Assembly: GCA_963422205.2 (NCBI GenBank)
Contig: CAXMWX010000009.1
Coordinates: forward strand, 192,001-256,000
Length of the DNA: 64,000 bases
From: Gammaproteobacteria bacterium
Lineage (GTDB): Bacteria; Pseudomonadota; Gammaproteobacteria; Eutrophobiales; Eutrophobiaceae
Direction: 5' to 3'
Shown: positions 23,161-34,454 of the stretch, one piece after another
Position numbering within the stretch: position 1 is the first letter of the stretch
How the letters are laid out: each line of letters begins with the position of its first letter
Notes under the pieces: model-generated
What the model saw: only the letters and a program-made list of their open reading frames with translations
Told to the model about the DNA's origin: nothing
Databases searched by the model: none
Program-made: the position numbers and the translations under genes

Positions 23161-24338
23161 TCAAAAAATCGATCCAGGAATTTTTACGTCTGGAATCGGC
23201 CAGCGGCATTTTACTGATCATTGCGGCAATCCTGGCCATGTTGGCGGAGAACTCGCCCGCCAAGCCGCTGTACGATGCGTTGTTATCCACTCCGGTCGAA
23301 ATACGCTTGGGCGCATTACACATCGCCAAACCCCTGTTGCTCTGGGTCAATGATGGTTTGATGGCCGTGTTCTTCTTTCTGGTCGGGCTGGAGTTGAAAC
23401 GGGAAATGCTGCAAGGCGAGCTTTCCAACCGTGAACAGATCATCTTGCCGGCGGTGGGTGCTTTTGCCGGCATGGTATGCCCGGCACTGATCTATATGTA
23501 TTTTAATTTTTCTGATCCGGTTGCCATGCGAGGGTGGGCGATCCCCTCGGCAACCGACATTGCCTTTGCCCTGGGCGTGTTGTCTTTGCTGGGCGATCGT
23601 GTGCCAACGCCGTTAAAATTATTTCTACTTACCCTGGCAATCATTGACGATTTGGGAGCGATCATCATCATCGCCCTTTTCTATACCAGTAACTTATCGC
23701 TTGCTTCATTGTTGTTCGCCCTTGCCTGCCTTGCCGTCTTATTTATATTGAACAAGCGCAGGGTCTACGCATTAACGCCTTACATCGTTGTCGGCATGAT
23801 ACTCTGGATATCGGTATTAAAATCCGGCGTACATGCCACGCTGGCGGGCGTGATCCTGGCCTTTTTTATTCCATTGAAAACCGGCGATGAGAATTTCTCA
23901 CCGTTGAAGAATCTGGAACATGATCTGCACCCGACCGTGGCTTTTTTTATCCTGCCGGTATTTGCCTTTGCCAACACCGGCGTCAGCCTGTCCGGTTTGG
24001 GCATGGAATCCATCCTCTCGCCCGTGCCTATGGGGATCGCCGCCGGTCTGTTTTTAGGCAACCAGATTGGCATCTTTGTTCTATGCTGGCTGACGGTGAA
24101 GCTGGGTTTTGCCCGGCTGCCCGACTCCGTCAACTGGGCACAATTATACGGCACCGGCGTGTTATGCGGCATTGGTTTTACCATGAGCCTGTTTATCAGC
24201 TCGCTGGCATTTGAAGCCGGGGCGATCGACTATGCCGTTGATGATCGGCTGGGTATCTTGCTGGGGTCAATACTCTCCGCCATCACGGGATGGTATATCC
24301 TGCACAGGAGTCTGCCGAAAGCCGCTGTCAATGACTGA
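23157..24338 (+). CDS. nhaA: Na+/H+ antiporter
   Basis: WVNDGLMA, GLELKRE, ATDIAF, AIIDDLGAI, GVHATLAG, GIGFTMS. Confidence 0.97.
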   Translation: MIKKSIQEFLRLESASGILLIIAAILAMLAENSPAKPLYDALLSTPVEIRLGALHIAKPLLLWVNDGLMAVFFFLVGLELKREMLQGELSNREQIILPAVGAFAGMVCPALIYMYFNFSDPVAMRGWAIPSATDIAFALGVLSLLGDRVPTPLKLFLLTLAIIDDLGAIIIIALFYTSNLSLASLLFALACLAVLFILNKRRVYALTPYIVVGMILWISVLKSGVHATLAGVILAFFIPLKTGDENFSPLKNLEHDLHPTVAFFILPVFAFANTGVSLSGLGMESILSPVPMGIAAGLFLGNQIGIFVLCWLTVKLGFARLPDSVNWAQLYGTGVLCGIGFTMSLFISSLAFEAGAIDYAVDDRLGILLGSILSAITGWYILHRSLPKAAVND

Positions 24339-25074
24339 GCAAGCCGGCCTGCGTTTTGTGTTGGTGCATGGGGCGATGCACGATGGTTCCTGCTGGCAGC
24401 AGGTCATGGCACACTTAAACCGCCTGGGTCATGCGTGTTATGCCCCGACCATGGCCGGCCACGGTGAGCAGGCGGGCGAATACATCAGCAAAGAGGATTG
24501 CGTGCAGTCTCTGGTTGAATATATCGAACAGCATGACATTCATGATTTTGTTATCGTCGGGCACAGTTTTGCTGGCATCATACTGCCTGATGTCAGCGTC
24601 AGGCTGGCGGATCGCATCCGGTGCGTTGTCTTTCAAAATGCCATGATCATGCAGCATGGTGAATGTATCTATGATGTCTTGCCGCCGGTACACCAGCGGA
24701 TGTTTGATGCTGTGATCAGAAAAGCAGGCGAGCACGGCAGGTGGCTGTTGCCTTTTAACCTCTTCCGTGAATGCTTCATCAATACGGCAGACCTGGCGAC
24801 TGCAAAAATGGTTTATGCAAAGCTGCGAGCCGTCTGCATAAAACCGCAGTTGGAGGAGATCGCGATGCGGGAATTTCTCCGCTTGACCATCCCCAGAAGT
24901 TTTATCAATTTTACCGACGATAAGGCCCTGCCACCGGGTGCGTATGGCTGGTATCCACGTATGGCACAACGCCTGGGTGTCTATCGTCTGGTACAACGGC
25001 CGGGCGATCATGAAGCCTGCTATACCTGCCCTGAGATCCTGGCCGAGGCCCTGGTGGAAGCCGCCCGTCCTTAA
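24331..25074 (+). CDS. alpha/beta hydrolase (salicylate/methylesterase-like)
   Basis: FVLVHGAMH, GHSFAG nucleophile elbow, C-terminal GDH; start ATG 24331 overlaps the end of nhaA. Confidence 0.85.
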   Translation: MTEQAGLRFVLVHGAMHDGSCWQQVMAHLNRLGHACYAPTMAGHGEQAGEYISKEDCVQSLVEYIEQHDIHDFVIVGHSFAGIILPDVSVRLADRIRCVVFQNAMIMQHGECIYDVLPPVHQRMFDAVIRKAGEHGRWLLPFNLFRECFINTADLATAKMVYAKLRAVCIKPQLEEIAMREFLRLTIPRSFINFTDDKALPPGAYGWYPRMAQRLGVYRLVQRPGDHEACYTCPEILAEALVEAARP

Positions 25075-25160
25075 AACAGATCGGGGATATCGTCATCTCG
25101 CATAGACATGATTGCCTGGGACAGTATCCTTAGGGCCGGTTAATCACGATGGGAGATCGC

Positions 25161-26612
25161 TTATTGCTTGACCCATAAATCCACAAACTCATTGACCGGC
25201 ATGGCTTCAAGCCTGGCCTGGTCTTCACAGGCGGCCAGTATGTCGGCCTGTTGTGCAGCATCAAAGCGGGTGCCGACTGCCCGTTTGAATTTATCGAGCA
25301 GCAGCGGGATCCCCTCCTCACGCCGCCGCCGATGGCCGATGGGATATTCCACAGTCACCTTATCTGTGCTGCTGCCATCTTGAAAGAACACCTGCACGGC
25401 ATTGCCGATCGCACGTTTATCCGCTGCCATATAATTCATGCTGAATTGTTGACTCTCCAGCACCTCCATTTTCTCACGCAAGGCATCGATGCGCGGATCA
25501 TGTGCAACCTCATCCTCATAGTCATCCGCTGTCAGGCGACCAAAGATCAACGGAACGGCGGTCATGTATTGAATGCAGTGATCACGATCGGCCGGGTTGG
25601 CCAGCGGCCCGGTTTTATCGATGATCCTGATCGCTGCCTCCTGTGTCTCGATGGTGATCCTGGCAATATCGTCCAGCCGGTCTTTGACTTTTGAATGCAG
25701 GCCGAGGGCCGCTTCCACCGCAGTTTGTGCATGGAACTCTGCCGGGAAGGCAATCTTGAACAAGACGTTTTCCATGACGTAGGAGGCAAACGGCCTTTCG
25801 GCCAGCACGTGATTACCATTGAACAGGACATCCTGAAACCCCCAGTGCTCGGCTGATAATGCCGAGGGGTAGCCCATCTCTCCTGTCAGGGCGATGAGCG
25901 CATGACGTACCGCACGGGAGGTGGCATCGCCCGCCGCCCAGCTTTTCCGTGAGCCGGTGTTGGGCGCATGTCGGTAGGTACGCAAAGCCGCCCCGTCAAT
26001 CCATGCATTGGATACTGCGTTGATGATCTGTTCACGACTGCCGCCCAGCATACGCATGACGACCGCCGTGCTGGCGATGCGTACCAGCAGCACGTGATCC
26101 AGGCCGACCCCATTGAAACTGTTTTGCAATGCCAGCACGCCCTGGATTTCATGCGCTTGAATCATGGCAGTGAGTACATCGGCGATCACCATCGGATCAT
26201 TACCCGCACGCACATTTTTCAGGCTCAGGTAATCCGCAACGGCCAGAATACCGCCCAGATTATCTGAAGGATGTCCCCATTCAGCCGCCAGCCAGGTGTC
26301 GTTAAAGTCCAGCCAGCGCACCATCGCACCGATGTTAAATGCTGCCATGACAGGCTCCAGTTGATAAGGGAGCCCGGGCACTCTGGCGCCACCGTGCATC
26401 TCTGCCCCGGGCACCGATGGCCCCAGCAGCCGGGTGCAGGCGGGGTAATTCAGCGCCAGCATGGCACAGCCCAGCGTGTCAAGCAGGCAATGAAAAGCCG
26501 TGGCGCGCGCCAGTTCGCCATCGGCCTTGAAGTCGATCACATAATCGGCGATGTCCTGGAGCAGCTGATCGGGGGCAGGTCGTCTGGCATCTCGGATACC
26601 CCGGTTGGTCAT
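25161..26612 (-). CDS. prpD: 2-methylcitrate dehydratase
   Basis: [45 protein letters not shown]. Confidence 0.98.
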   Translation of the reverse strand: MTNRGIRDARRPAPDQLLQDIADYVIDFKADGELARATAFHCLLDTLGCAMLALNYPACTRLLGPSVPGAEMHGGARVPGLPYQLEPVMAAFNIGAMVRWLDFNDTWLAAEWGHPSDNLGGILAVADYLSLKNVRAGNDPMVIADVLTAMIQAHEIQGVLALQNSFNGVGLDHVLLVRIASTAVVMRMLGGSREQIINAVSNAWIDGAALRTYRHAPNTGSRKSWAAGDATSRAVRHALIALTGEMGYPSALSAEHWGFQDVLFNGNHVLAERPFASYVMENVLFKIAFPAEFHAQTAVEAALGLHSKVKDRLDDIARITIETQEAAIRIIDKTGPLANPADRDHCIQYMTAVPLIFGRLTADDYEDEVAHDPRIDALREKMEVLESQQFSMNYMAADKRAIGNAVQVFFQDGSSTDKVTVEYPIGHRRRREEGIPLLLDKFKRAVGTRFDAAQQADILAACEDQARLEAMPVNEFVDLWVKQ

Positions 26613-27207
26613 TGTATTATCTCCTTTTGTTCAGTGGTTGGTAGATCGTATGTGCAACCAGCGGCTGGATGGTCAAGCTGAATGCAGGTAATAAATTCCG
26701 TAACCCGTGCCCGTATGGCTGCATTAACAGCAGGTACTTTGTTACGTATTGAGCGTAGACTTTTTGTTTTCACCAGTTTGCTTTCCAACAAGGCTTTGCA
26801 AAACGCCATAGCCTTATGGCCTGCCTGCTGTGGCCTTGGAAATCCAGAGATCATGCCGTTCCAGACAATAAGCGGTAACGCCGTTAGTGCCGGGTGTTTT
26901 GTATGGCACCAGCCTGTTTTTCCATCCGGTCGGAAGCATTGCCGTTTTGACAGTCACGCCTTGTGCATACATAGCCAAACGTTTCCTGAAACAGGGAAAA
27001 CTCACCAATAGAGCCATCGAGCAGATCTGCCATGCTGCCGTTCTTATCCTGAAAACTGGCAATATCTGTCTCGATAGAACGTTCAGCTTTGGGGATGGTG
27101 TGTTTAACCGATGCGTGCATTGCCTGACTGCCGATGATGAGCACCTTATGCTCATCAAGAATAGCACCTGCGGCGCACACCGTGTGTTCACATTGTTTTC
27201 CGTTCAT
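26609..27207 (-). pseudogene. frameshifted DUF6036-like nucleotidyltransferase (putative toxin)
   Basis: IIGSQA..RSIETD..DLLDGSIGE.S.FQETFGY / YAQGV...A.LP.GW..RL...CLE.HDL..SK..AGRP / AFCKALL in three successive frames; single-base insertions near 26970 and 26816. Confidence 0.75.
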
Positions 27208-27707
27208 GGTTTGTAGTCCGTTTGAAATTGGCGCAATATCCGTATTCTGTCTGCCGGACTTAAAGGCCCTGAAAAAGGCGAAGCCTGGCGCATTTCCCGT
27301 GCTTCCAATTCAAAATCAAGCATCTTTGCAATCAATTCGTCAGTGTTTAACTCCAGCCATTTCTCCCAACGCCTGAAAAGGGACCTGGCACCTCGATGAG
27401 TCTGGGACAGCTTGCTTAGGTTACACCGGGCGTGGTTAATAACTGTTGCCGGGTCTTTACGAAGAAGCTCCGCAATCGCCCGATGATACGCCAGGCTTCT
27501 CTCATCTTCCCGGGTGAATGCCGGGATATAGGTTACGATCAGGTTCAACCCTGTCGCTTGCGCTAAGTTTTCAATGGTGCGTAACGTGGGTGATTTTTTT
27601 CCAGACTCATAAGCAGCGATTGTTGGCTGCGAAGTTCCGGCCAGAGCCGCCAGCTCCTGCTGGGTTACGCCCGCTGTTTCTCTGAGTAAACGTATGAGGT
27701 TCATCAT
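27204..27707 (-). CDS. XRE-family HTH protein (putative antitoxin)
   Basis: LR..AGVTQQELA..AGTSQPTIAAYESG.KSP HTH; C-terminal RSLAYH.AIA and EMRQASPF; ATGA overlap with the downstream gene. Confidence 0.85.
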   Translation of the reverse strand: MMNLIRLLRETAGVTQQELAALAGTSQPTIAAYESGKKSPTLRTIENLAQATGLNLIVTYIPAFTREDERSLAYHRAIAELLRKDPATVINHARCNLSKLSQTHRGARSLFRRWEKWLELNTDELIAKMLDFELEAREMRQASPFSGPLSPADRIRILRQFQTDYKP

Positions 27708-27711
27708 AACG

Positions 27712-27735
27712 TATTATACCCCATCAGATATAATA
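27712..27735 (-). promoter_or_regulatory. inverted repeat overlapping the -10 box of the XRE gene
   Basis: TATTATA-N10-TATAATA; minus-strand TATAAT lies 5 nt before ATG 27707. Confidence 0.5.
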
Positions 27736-27981
27736 ACAAATTCGCAACCAAACCCATTGAGAGATTGAAAAATTTCTTTGTCCATCTCATCGTAAACAAT
27801 GATAAAAGAAGTTTTTACCGATGCTGATAATTCTGGAGTAAAGCTGCCCTATCTATTGCTCTCGGCTGCTTTGAGGATAACCAAAAGGATTAAAAATTGC
27901 TCCATTTGGACAGGGCAATTTTACCGCCTTTGATATTCATTAAACATACAAATGCCAGGCCGATAAATTTCAGCAAATACT

Positions 27982-29130
27982 TTATCGATCCTGTATTGGC
28001 GTGAATGTTTGCTCATCCGGGCCAGTGTAGTTGGCGCTGGGACGGATGATCTTGCCGTCTTGGCGCTGTTCAATCACATGTGCTGCCCAGCCACAGACCC
28101 GTGACATCACGAATATCGGGGTAAAGAGCGCCATGGGTATGCCCATCATGCTGTATGAGACGGCTGAGAACCAGTCCAGGTTAGGGAACATTTGCTTTAA
28201 CTCCCACATAACGCGCTCAATGCGCTCGGCGACATCGTATAACAGCATGTCGTTGTTTTGTTCTGATAATTGCTGTGCTACTTTTTTTATCACCTCATTG
28301 CGGGGATCGGCAATGGTATAGACCGGATGACCAAACCCGATCACGATCTCCTTCTGTGCCATGCGTTGTTTGATATCGGCCTCGGCCTCATCTGCCGAGC
28401 GATAGCGTTGCTGGACGGCCAGCGCCATTTCATTCGCCCCGCCATGTTTGGGGCCGCGCAGGGCGCCGATCGCCCCTGTCACGGCGGAATACATGTCGGC
28501 GCCCGTGCCAGCGATCACCCGGCCGGTAAATGTTGAGGCATTGAATTCATGCTCGGCATACAGGATCAGCGAAGTGTGCATTGCCCTGATCCATGATTCT
28601 TGCGGCACCTCGCCATGCAGCAGGTGCAGAAAATGACCGCCGATAGAATCATCCTCGGTCTGCTCATCAATGCGCGTGTTGCCGTGGCTGTAGTGATACC
28701 AGTACACCAGCATGGCGCCGAAGCTGGCGAGTAGACGATCGGCGATATTCCGAGCCTGGGCGGCGGATTGTTCGGCTGACTCCGGCAGGATCGTACCGAG
28801 AATGGAGCAGCCGCTGCGTAATACATCCATCGGGTGGGCGCTTGCTGGGATGACCTCCAGGGCGGTCTTGACCTGCTGTGGCAGGCGACGCAGCTCTTTC
28901 AGCCTGGCTTTATAGGCGTCCAACTCTGCCTGGGTTGGCAGCTTTTCATGCACCAGCAGATGGGCAATCTCTTCAAACTCACAAGCCTCTGCAAGGTCCA
29001 GAATATTATACCCCCGATAGGCGAGATCATTGCCCGTTTTGCCCACCGTACACAAGGCGGTGTTGCCTGCCGGCACCCCGGACAGGGCAACCGATTTCTT
29101 TGGCTTGAAACCCTTGTTATGCTCGCTCAT
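27982..29130 (-). CDS. prpC: 2-methylcitrate synthase
   Basis: [41 protein letters not shown]. Confidence 0.98.
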   Translation of the reverse strand: MSEHNKGFKPKKSVALSGVPAGNTALCTVGKTGNDLAYRGYNILDLAEACEFEEIAHLLVHEKLPTQAELDAYKARLKELRRLPQQVKTALEVIPASAHPMDVLRSGCSILGTILPESAEQSAAQARNIADRLLASFGAMLVYWYHYSHGNTRIDEQTEDDSIGGHFLHLLHGEVPQESWIRAMHTSLILYAEHEFNASTFTGRVIAGTGADMYSAVTGAIGALRGPKHGGANEMALAVQQRYRSADEAEADIKQRMAQKEIVIGFGHPVYTIADPRNEVIKKVAQQLSEQNNDMLLYDVAERIERVMWELKQMFPNLDWFSAVSYSMMGIPMALFTPIFVMSRVCGWAAHVIEQRQDGKIIRPSANYTGPDEQTFTPIQDR

Positions 29131-29145
29131 CAGTTATTCCCCTAA

Positions 29146-30066
29146 TTAATCGTTTTTTGGGTAATCATTTTGTTGGGTGATGGTTTCGGGCGATGGTCTG
29201 GCAAACAGCGCATCCAGTTTTTGTTCATAGTCGTGATAGCCGAGTATGTCATACATCTCTTCCCGGGTTTGCATCATGGCAATGACATCACGCTGGTGTC
29301 CCTGTTTCAGCACGGTTTCATAAAATACCATGGCGCCCTTGTTCATTGCACGGTAAGCACCACAACAATACAGCACGATATCCACGCCTGCCCCGGCCAG
29401 TTCCTGACTGGAAAATAAAGGCGTTTTACCAAACTCGGTGATGTTGGCCAGCAATGGTACGGACAGGGCGGCGCGCAACTGCCGATATTGCGCCAGCGAA
29501 TCCAGCGCCTCCGGGAAGATCATATCCGCACCGGCCTCAATACAGACCGCCGCCCGTTCAATGGCAGATTCCATGCCTTCCACCGCCAGGGCATCCGTGC
29601 GCGCCATGATCACGAACTCTGCATCCGTGCGGGCATCCACGGCGGCTTTGATCCGGTCTGCCATCTCATCCTGGGAGACGATCGCCTTGTTTGGCCGGTG
29701 TCCACAGCGCTTTGTGGCGATCTGATCTTCAATGTGCATGGCCGCTGCCCCCGCTTTGATAAGGCTGCGGGTGGTACGGGCGATATTAAACGCCCCGCCG
29801 AAACCGGTATCCACGTCGACCAGCAGGGGCAGCTCACACACATCGGTAATACGGCGAATATCAATCAGCAGATCCTCCAGCGCACTGATCCCCAGATCAG
29901 GCAGCCCTAAGGAATTGGCCGCCAGGCCGCCGCCGGAGAGGTAGATGGCCTTGTGACCCGCCCGCTCGGCCATCCTTGCCGCCAGCGCTGTGATGGTGCC
30001 GACCACCTGCAAGGGTTGGTTTTCCTTAACCGCCAGACGAAAACGCTGACCGGCAGAATCGGTCAT
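29146..30066 (-). CDS. prpB: methylisocitrate lyase
   Basis: YLSGG, PDLG, DVDTGFG, HIEDQ..KRCGHRP, ANITEFG. Confidence 0.98.
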   Translation of the reverse strand: MTDSAGQRFRLAVKENQPLQVVGTITALAARMAERAGHKAIYLSGGGLAANSLGLPDLGISALEDLLIDIRRITDVCELPLLVDVDTGFGGAFNIARTTRSLIKAGAAAMHIEDQIATKRCGHRPNKAIVSQDEMADRIKAAVDARTDAEFVIMARTDALAVEGMESAIERAAVCIEAGADMIFPEALDSLAQYRQLRAALSVPLLANITEFGKTPLFSSQELAGAGVDIVLYCCGAYRAMNKGAMVFYETVLKQGHQRDVIAMMQTREEMYDILGYHDYEQKLDALFARPSPETITQQNDYPKND

Positions 30067-30758
30067 GCGGTTGCCTCTGTTTGCGAGAGCATGGCGTGAT
30101 GATTTTTTTCTATCACCTGTCGGGCGGTGCTGATATGTCGGCGCATCAGCATCTCGGCAAATTCGCCATCACGCTGCTCGATGGCGGCGAGAATATGACG
30201 ATGCTCATGCAGGGCTGCCTGTGGTCGTTCCGGCGACTGGCTACAGCGGTAGCGGTACATTCGGATAAGGTGGTAGAGCTCGCCGCACAGCAACTCCATC
30301 AAACGCGCATTCCTGCTGCCCTGAATGATGCGGTAATGAATATCAAGATCGCCGCCTTCCTGAAAATAATCGCATCTCCCCGACTGCTTGATGTCCGCCT
30401 CATGCAGGTTCAGCAGGCGATACAGGGCGCTGATCTCCGCTTGGCTCATGTGCACCGCTGCCAGCCTGGCCGCCATGCCCTCCAGCGCCTCACGCACATG
30501 GTAGATTTCAAGCAACTCCTCAGCGCCCAGCGAGACCACCCGCGCGCCCACATGCGGGATACGAACCACCAGGCGCAGGCCCTCCAGCCGCCTGATGGCC
30601 TCCCGCAAAGGGCCGCGGCTGATCTGATAGGCCCTCGCCAGTTCCGGTTCATTGATCTTGCTGCCGGAGGGGATCTGCCCCTTCACTATCGCCTTGATCA
30701 ACTCCTCGCTCAGGCGATCAGCAATGGTCAAGCTGTCTTTAGGATAGAGTGGCTGCAT
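30063..30758 (-). CDS. prpR: GntR/FCD regulator of the methylcitrate operon
   Basis: KINEPELA...[12 protein letters not shown] plus FCD domain; first gene of the prp operon. Confidence 0.88.
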   Translation of the reverse strand: MQPLYPKDSLTIADRLSEELIKAIVKGQIPSGSKINEPELARAYQISRGPLREAIRRLEGLRLVVRIPHVGARVVSLGAEELLEIYHVREALEGMAARLAAVHMSQAEISALYRLLNLHEADIKQSGRCDYFQEGGDLDIHYRIIQGSRNARLMELLCGELYHLIRMYRYRCSQSPERPQAALHEHRHILAAIEQRDGEFAEMLMRRHISTARQVIEKNHHAMLSQTEATA

Positions 30759-30772
30759 GAGTCCGTGCGGTA

Positions 30773-30784
30773 ATTGTCAACAAA
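30773..30784. promoter_or_regulatory. PrpR(GntR) operator, imperfect copy
   Basis: ATTGTCAACAAA just upstream of the prpR start. Confidence 0.65.
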
Positions 30785-30834
30785 ACAAGCAGGTAAAGCG
30801 CACAAGTATAGATATTTTGACTTATTTTTCAATG

Positions 30835-30846
30835 ATTGTCGACAAT
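30835..30846. promoter_or_regulatory. PrpR(GntR) operator
   Basis: perfect palindrome ATTGTCGACAAT, the motif known for GntR-type methylcitrate regulators. Confidence 0.8.
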
Positions 30847-30950
30847 ATGGGAAAGAGACGGGCTGGCAATGCGGCATGACATGGCTGCATTGCATTATGG
30901 CCTGATTGGATTATGCTGGCGGGCGGATATTCAAACCCAAAGAGGCAAAC

Positions 30951-31955
30951 ATGAAGGCAGTTGTGCTGGAAGAGGTGGGCGGGCCGGAGAAATTACGCCT
31001 TAAAGATGTGGCTGACCCTGCACCAGGCGCCGGAGAGGTGCGGGTGGCATTGCAGAACTCTGCGCTTAACCGGCGTGATTACTGGATCACCCTGGGTCAG
31101 TACGCCGACATGCGCCTGCCCTGCATTGCCGGCTCTGACGGGGCCGGCATCGTCGATGCGGTGGGTGCGGGCGTTGATGTGGGTTTGACGGGTAATGAGG
31201 TGGTGGTCTACCCGGCGCGTGCCTGGGGCGATGAGCAGGCGGCATTCGGCCCGGATTTTCGGGTGCTGGGTATGCCCGATCAAGGCACGTTTGCTGAGTA
31301 TATCTGTGTGCCGGCGACCGACATTTATGCCAAGCCTGAGCACCTGAGTTGGCCGCAGGCGGCGGCGGTGCCGCTGGCCGGGTTGACCGCCTGGCGTGCT
31401 GTGGTTACGCAAGGTGAGGTGGCCGCTGGTCATAAGGTGCTGGTGACGGGGGCGGGCAGCGGTGTCTCCACCTTTGCCATGCTCTGGGCGGTCAATCTGG
31501 GCGCCGAGGTGTGGGTGAGCAGCGGCAGTGATGAGAAGATTGAAAAAGCCCGAACGATGGGCGCCGCTGGCGGTGTCAGCTACCGGCAGGCCGAGTTTCA
31601 GAAAACGCTGAAAAAAGCCTCCGGAGGGTTTGATGTAATCATCGACAGTGCGGGCGGGGCGGGCATGAATGCCGTGCTGGATACGCTCAAGCCTGCCGGG
31701 CGGTATGTGTTCTTCGGGGCGACCACGGGCAATCCTCCGGCGGGGCTGGCGCTGGCGAAGTTATTTTTTCGTCATATCCGCATCCAGGGCACCACGATGG
31801 GATCGAATAAGGAGTTCAGCGACATGCTGGATTTCGTCAATGAGAAAAAACTCAAACCCCTGGTCGATCGGGTGTTGCCATTGGATGAGATCATTGCCGC
31901 ACATAACCTTATGGCGGATTTTCAGCAGATGGGCAAGATTGTGTTGCAGCATTAG
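30951..31955 (+). CDS. MDR-family (zinc-type ADH/quinone oxidoreductase-like) dehydrogenase
   Basis: ALNRRD, GSDGAG, GTFAEY, TAWRA, TGAGSGV, GTTMGS, GKIVL; start ATG 30951. Confidence 0.9.
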   Translation: MKAVVLEEVGGPEKLRLKDVADPAPGAGEVRVALQNSALNRRDYWITLGQYADMRLPCIAGSDGAGIVDAVGAGVDVGLTGNEVVVYPARAWGDEQAAFGPDFRVLGMPDQGTFAEYICVPATDIYAKPEHLSWPQAAAVPLAGLTAWRAVVTQGEVAAGHKVLVTGAGSGVSTFAMLWAVNLGAEVWVSSGSDEKIEKARTMGAAGGVSYRQAEFQKTLKKASGGFDVIIDSAGGAGMNAVLDTLKPAGRYVFFGATTGNPPAGLALAKLFFRHIRIQGTTMGSNKEFSDMLDFVNEKKLKPLVDRVLPLDEIIAAHNLMADFQQMGKIVLQH

Positions 31956-32456
31956 GCCATATACTGGATGGCGAATCCGGGCGCTTCAGTATATAGACCT
32001 TGCACTTGTCATCACCGAACTGCCGGTATTGCAAGAACCTGAAAACACAGCGCGCATAGAAACGGTGCGCGCGGGTATTGCTGATAAGCGGATCGATCAA
32101 CACCGCCGTCACCTCGGGTGCGGCAAAACAGCGGTGCAGGGCGTGCTGCATCATCTGCCTGCCATAGCCCTTGCCAAGATAATCAGCCTCACCAATCCCA
32201 GATCAATGGCGCGCAGCCTATCTTCCACCCTGCCCCAGTAATGCGTCTCTTCCAGGGCCGGGTCAATGATCTGGATAAACCCAATCGGCTTGCCATCCAC
32301 CTCGGCGATAAGTTGCTCACGCCATGCCGGGCGTTTGAGCAATTCGGTCTCCCACTCCCAGTCGGTATTGGGATCAGCGGCGATGATATGCGGCTGCTTA
32401 TCCCAATAACGCAGCAGTGACAGGTCGGCGGGGGTGGCTGGTCGAAAATACATCAC
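31909..32456 (-). pseudogene. frameshifted GNAT acetyltransferase (AAC(6')-like family)
   Basis: PIGFIQIIDPA.E..HYWG..RAIDL continues in another frame as IGEADYLGKGYG..VLIDP..NTRA.RFY; one base missing near 32199. Confidence 0.8.
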
Positions 32457-32950
32457 TACAGTGTGCGTAAATGGCTCATATTGCCTGGATTATGTCTCGG
32501 GCGGATCGAAAAGCACAGCCCAAAACCTTGCGGAATTTCCCGGCCTGAGCGGTTGGCGGCTACTCTGTGGGCAGCAGGATCAACGGCGGTGTGGCTATGG
32601 CGGCCGTGGCGGTGCCGGGGCTTGCCCTGGCTGTATGCGCTTGTATGGCCTCAACCTGAACCATCAGGTGATGCGGCTGTTCGGCCCAGGCCCGGCTTGT
32701 TGTCTCTTTTATGGTGGATTGTAACGGCAGGCGTCTTGGTGCATGGTTTTAACATCGGCACAGCGTTTTGATCTGTTGTATGCCGGGGCGGACAACCGCC
32801 GAAGAGACTGTTCTATCGTTCTGCGTTGTCACCTTATGCTGGTTTCTGGATTATGGTTTCTGGATTATATTGAACAATACGATGCAGTGTGGGTTTGCTG
32901 GCATCTCGATATGTTCATCCCCGGCACAGCCGATGCGGCCTGTATCGGCC

Positions 32951-34279
32951 TTACACCTTCATCGTTGCCATCAGACCGGCGGCGATCAGTATCGGGCCGG
33001 CAAACAAGATAAACATCGGGTACATCGTCCAACCGGCGGCTAACAGGATGCCGGCGATGGCAGGTGAGATGATGGCGCCGGCCCGGCCGAGGCCAATCGC
33101 CCAGCCAATACCAGTCGCCCGCTCGGTGACGGCATAAACACGGGCGGCCACCGAATACATGCCGGTAAAAGCCCCATGTATGCCTAAGCCCATGATAAAA
33201 ACAAGCCAGTTCAGGCTGTCCGGTTGTGCCAGCTGTGGCATGGCAAAATACACCATGCAGGCGGTGGCGATAAAATAAAATGCTGAAATGGTTTTGCCCA
33301 GCCTCAGCTTTGTGGTGATGACTCCTAAGAGATAAATGCCGAGCACACCGCCAAGGTTAAAAAAGAACAGGGCATCAATGCCTTCAGCCCGGCTCAGGCC
33401 GCTGATGACAAACAGCGAGGGGATCCAGGACAGCAGAAAATACAAGCTCAGAAAGCCGGCAAAAAAAGCCAGCCAGAGTTTTAAGGTGTCAGCACGGTAA
33501 TCGACGGTCAGGATGGTGCTGATGCGCCCGGCCCTGGGCGCAGGCGGGCTTATCGGCACCTCATCAACCGGCGCTCGACCAATGAATGCCAATGCCTTGT
33601 TGATCTCGCCTCGCCAGTCGCCCCGGCGCCCGGTCTGGCTGGCCATAAAACTGACAGATTCCGGTAATAATAAAAATGCAGCGAAGGCGGCGATGAGTGT
33701 CATCAGGCCGCCGAACATGAACAGCGACTCCCAGCCGTAATTGGGCAGAATGTGTTGTGCGACCGGGCTGACCACGGTGGCACCGAAGGGATAGCCGGAG
33801 ATAACCAAAGGCACGATAAAATTGCGCCAACGCTCCGGTGTGAACTCGGTTGCCACGGCGGTGGTGGTGGCCAGGATGACGCCGACCCCAAGGCCGGTGA
33901 TGATCCGAAGGCCGATCATCAGCATAAGCGAGCGGGGCAGCAGGCCGGTGATGATCATGGCAACACCGGTCAAGAGTGCCGATGCGATGATCATTCGGCG
34001 GCGACCATAGCGATCACACAGCGGCGCCAGCAACATCGCCCCCAGAGTCATGCCCACCAAGGCGGCGCTGAGGATATACCCGCGCTGATCTTCGGACAGG
34101 CCCCAGGCCTCGGCCAGGTTAGGTGCAGCGACCGCCATGCAGACGATATCAAAGCCATCGAGCATATTGAGAACGAAACACAAGCCGATGATAATCAGTA
34201 TCCCCGCCGTCATATCGCCGTTATCAATGCGCTCCCGCAGGCTCTCTGGTGCGTTGCCGGTATCGGTGGGCTGGGTCAT
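32951..34279 (-). CDS. MFS transporter, aromatic acid:H+ symporter family
   Basis: LDGFD, DRYGRR, LRIITGLG, EFTPER, RATGIGWA.G.GR.GAI; start ATG 34279. Confidence 0.9.
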   Translation of the reverse strand: MTQPTDTGNAPESLRERIDNGDMTAGILIIIGLCFVLNMLDGFDIVCMAVAAPNLAEAWGLSEDQRGYILSAALVGMTLGAMLLAPLCDRYGRRRMIIASALLTGVAMIITGLLPRSLMLMIGLRIITGLGVGVILATTTAVATEFTPERWRNFIVPLVISGYPFGATVVSPVAQHILPNYGWESLFMFGGLMTLIAAFAAFLLLPESVSFMASQTGRRGDWRGEINKALAFIGRAPVDEVPISPPAPRAGRISTILTVDYRADTLKLWLAFFAGFLSLYFLLSWIPSLFVISGLSRAEGIDALFFFNLGGVLGIYLLGVITTKLRLGKTISAFYFIATACMVYFAMPQLAQPDSLNWLVFIMGLGIHGAFTGMYSVAARVYAVTERATGIGWAIGLGRAGAIISPAIAGILLAAGWTMYPMFILFAGPILIAAGLMATMKV

Positions 34280-34454
34280 GCTGCTCTTTGCTGGGTATTG
34301 TTGGCGACAGCTTAGGGTAATTTTACTTATTTTAATACCAGCAAATGTCCTGCTGGCGGCCAACCATAGAGAGGCGTTTATTGTGATGCAAAACAAGCTG
34401 TATTAGGATGATCGTCATGGTCTTGTCCACACAATACATTGCAAGGAATCCGTT

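Noticed and set aside
31909-32456. Functional aminoglycoside resistance gene or integron cassette
   Set aside because: The ORF is frameshifted, family similarity does not establish the substrate, and I recognised no attC site or intI.
32463-32771. 102-aa plus-strand ORF as a real gene
   Set aside because: GTG start without a clear RBS, no motif, and it lies in a region with tandem duplication and frame debris.
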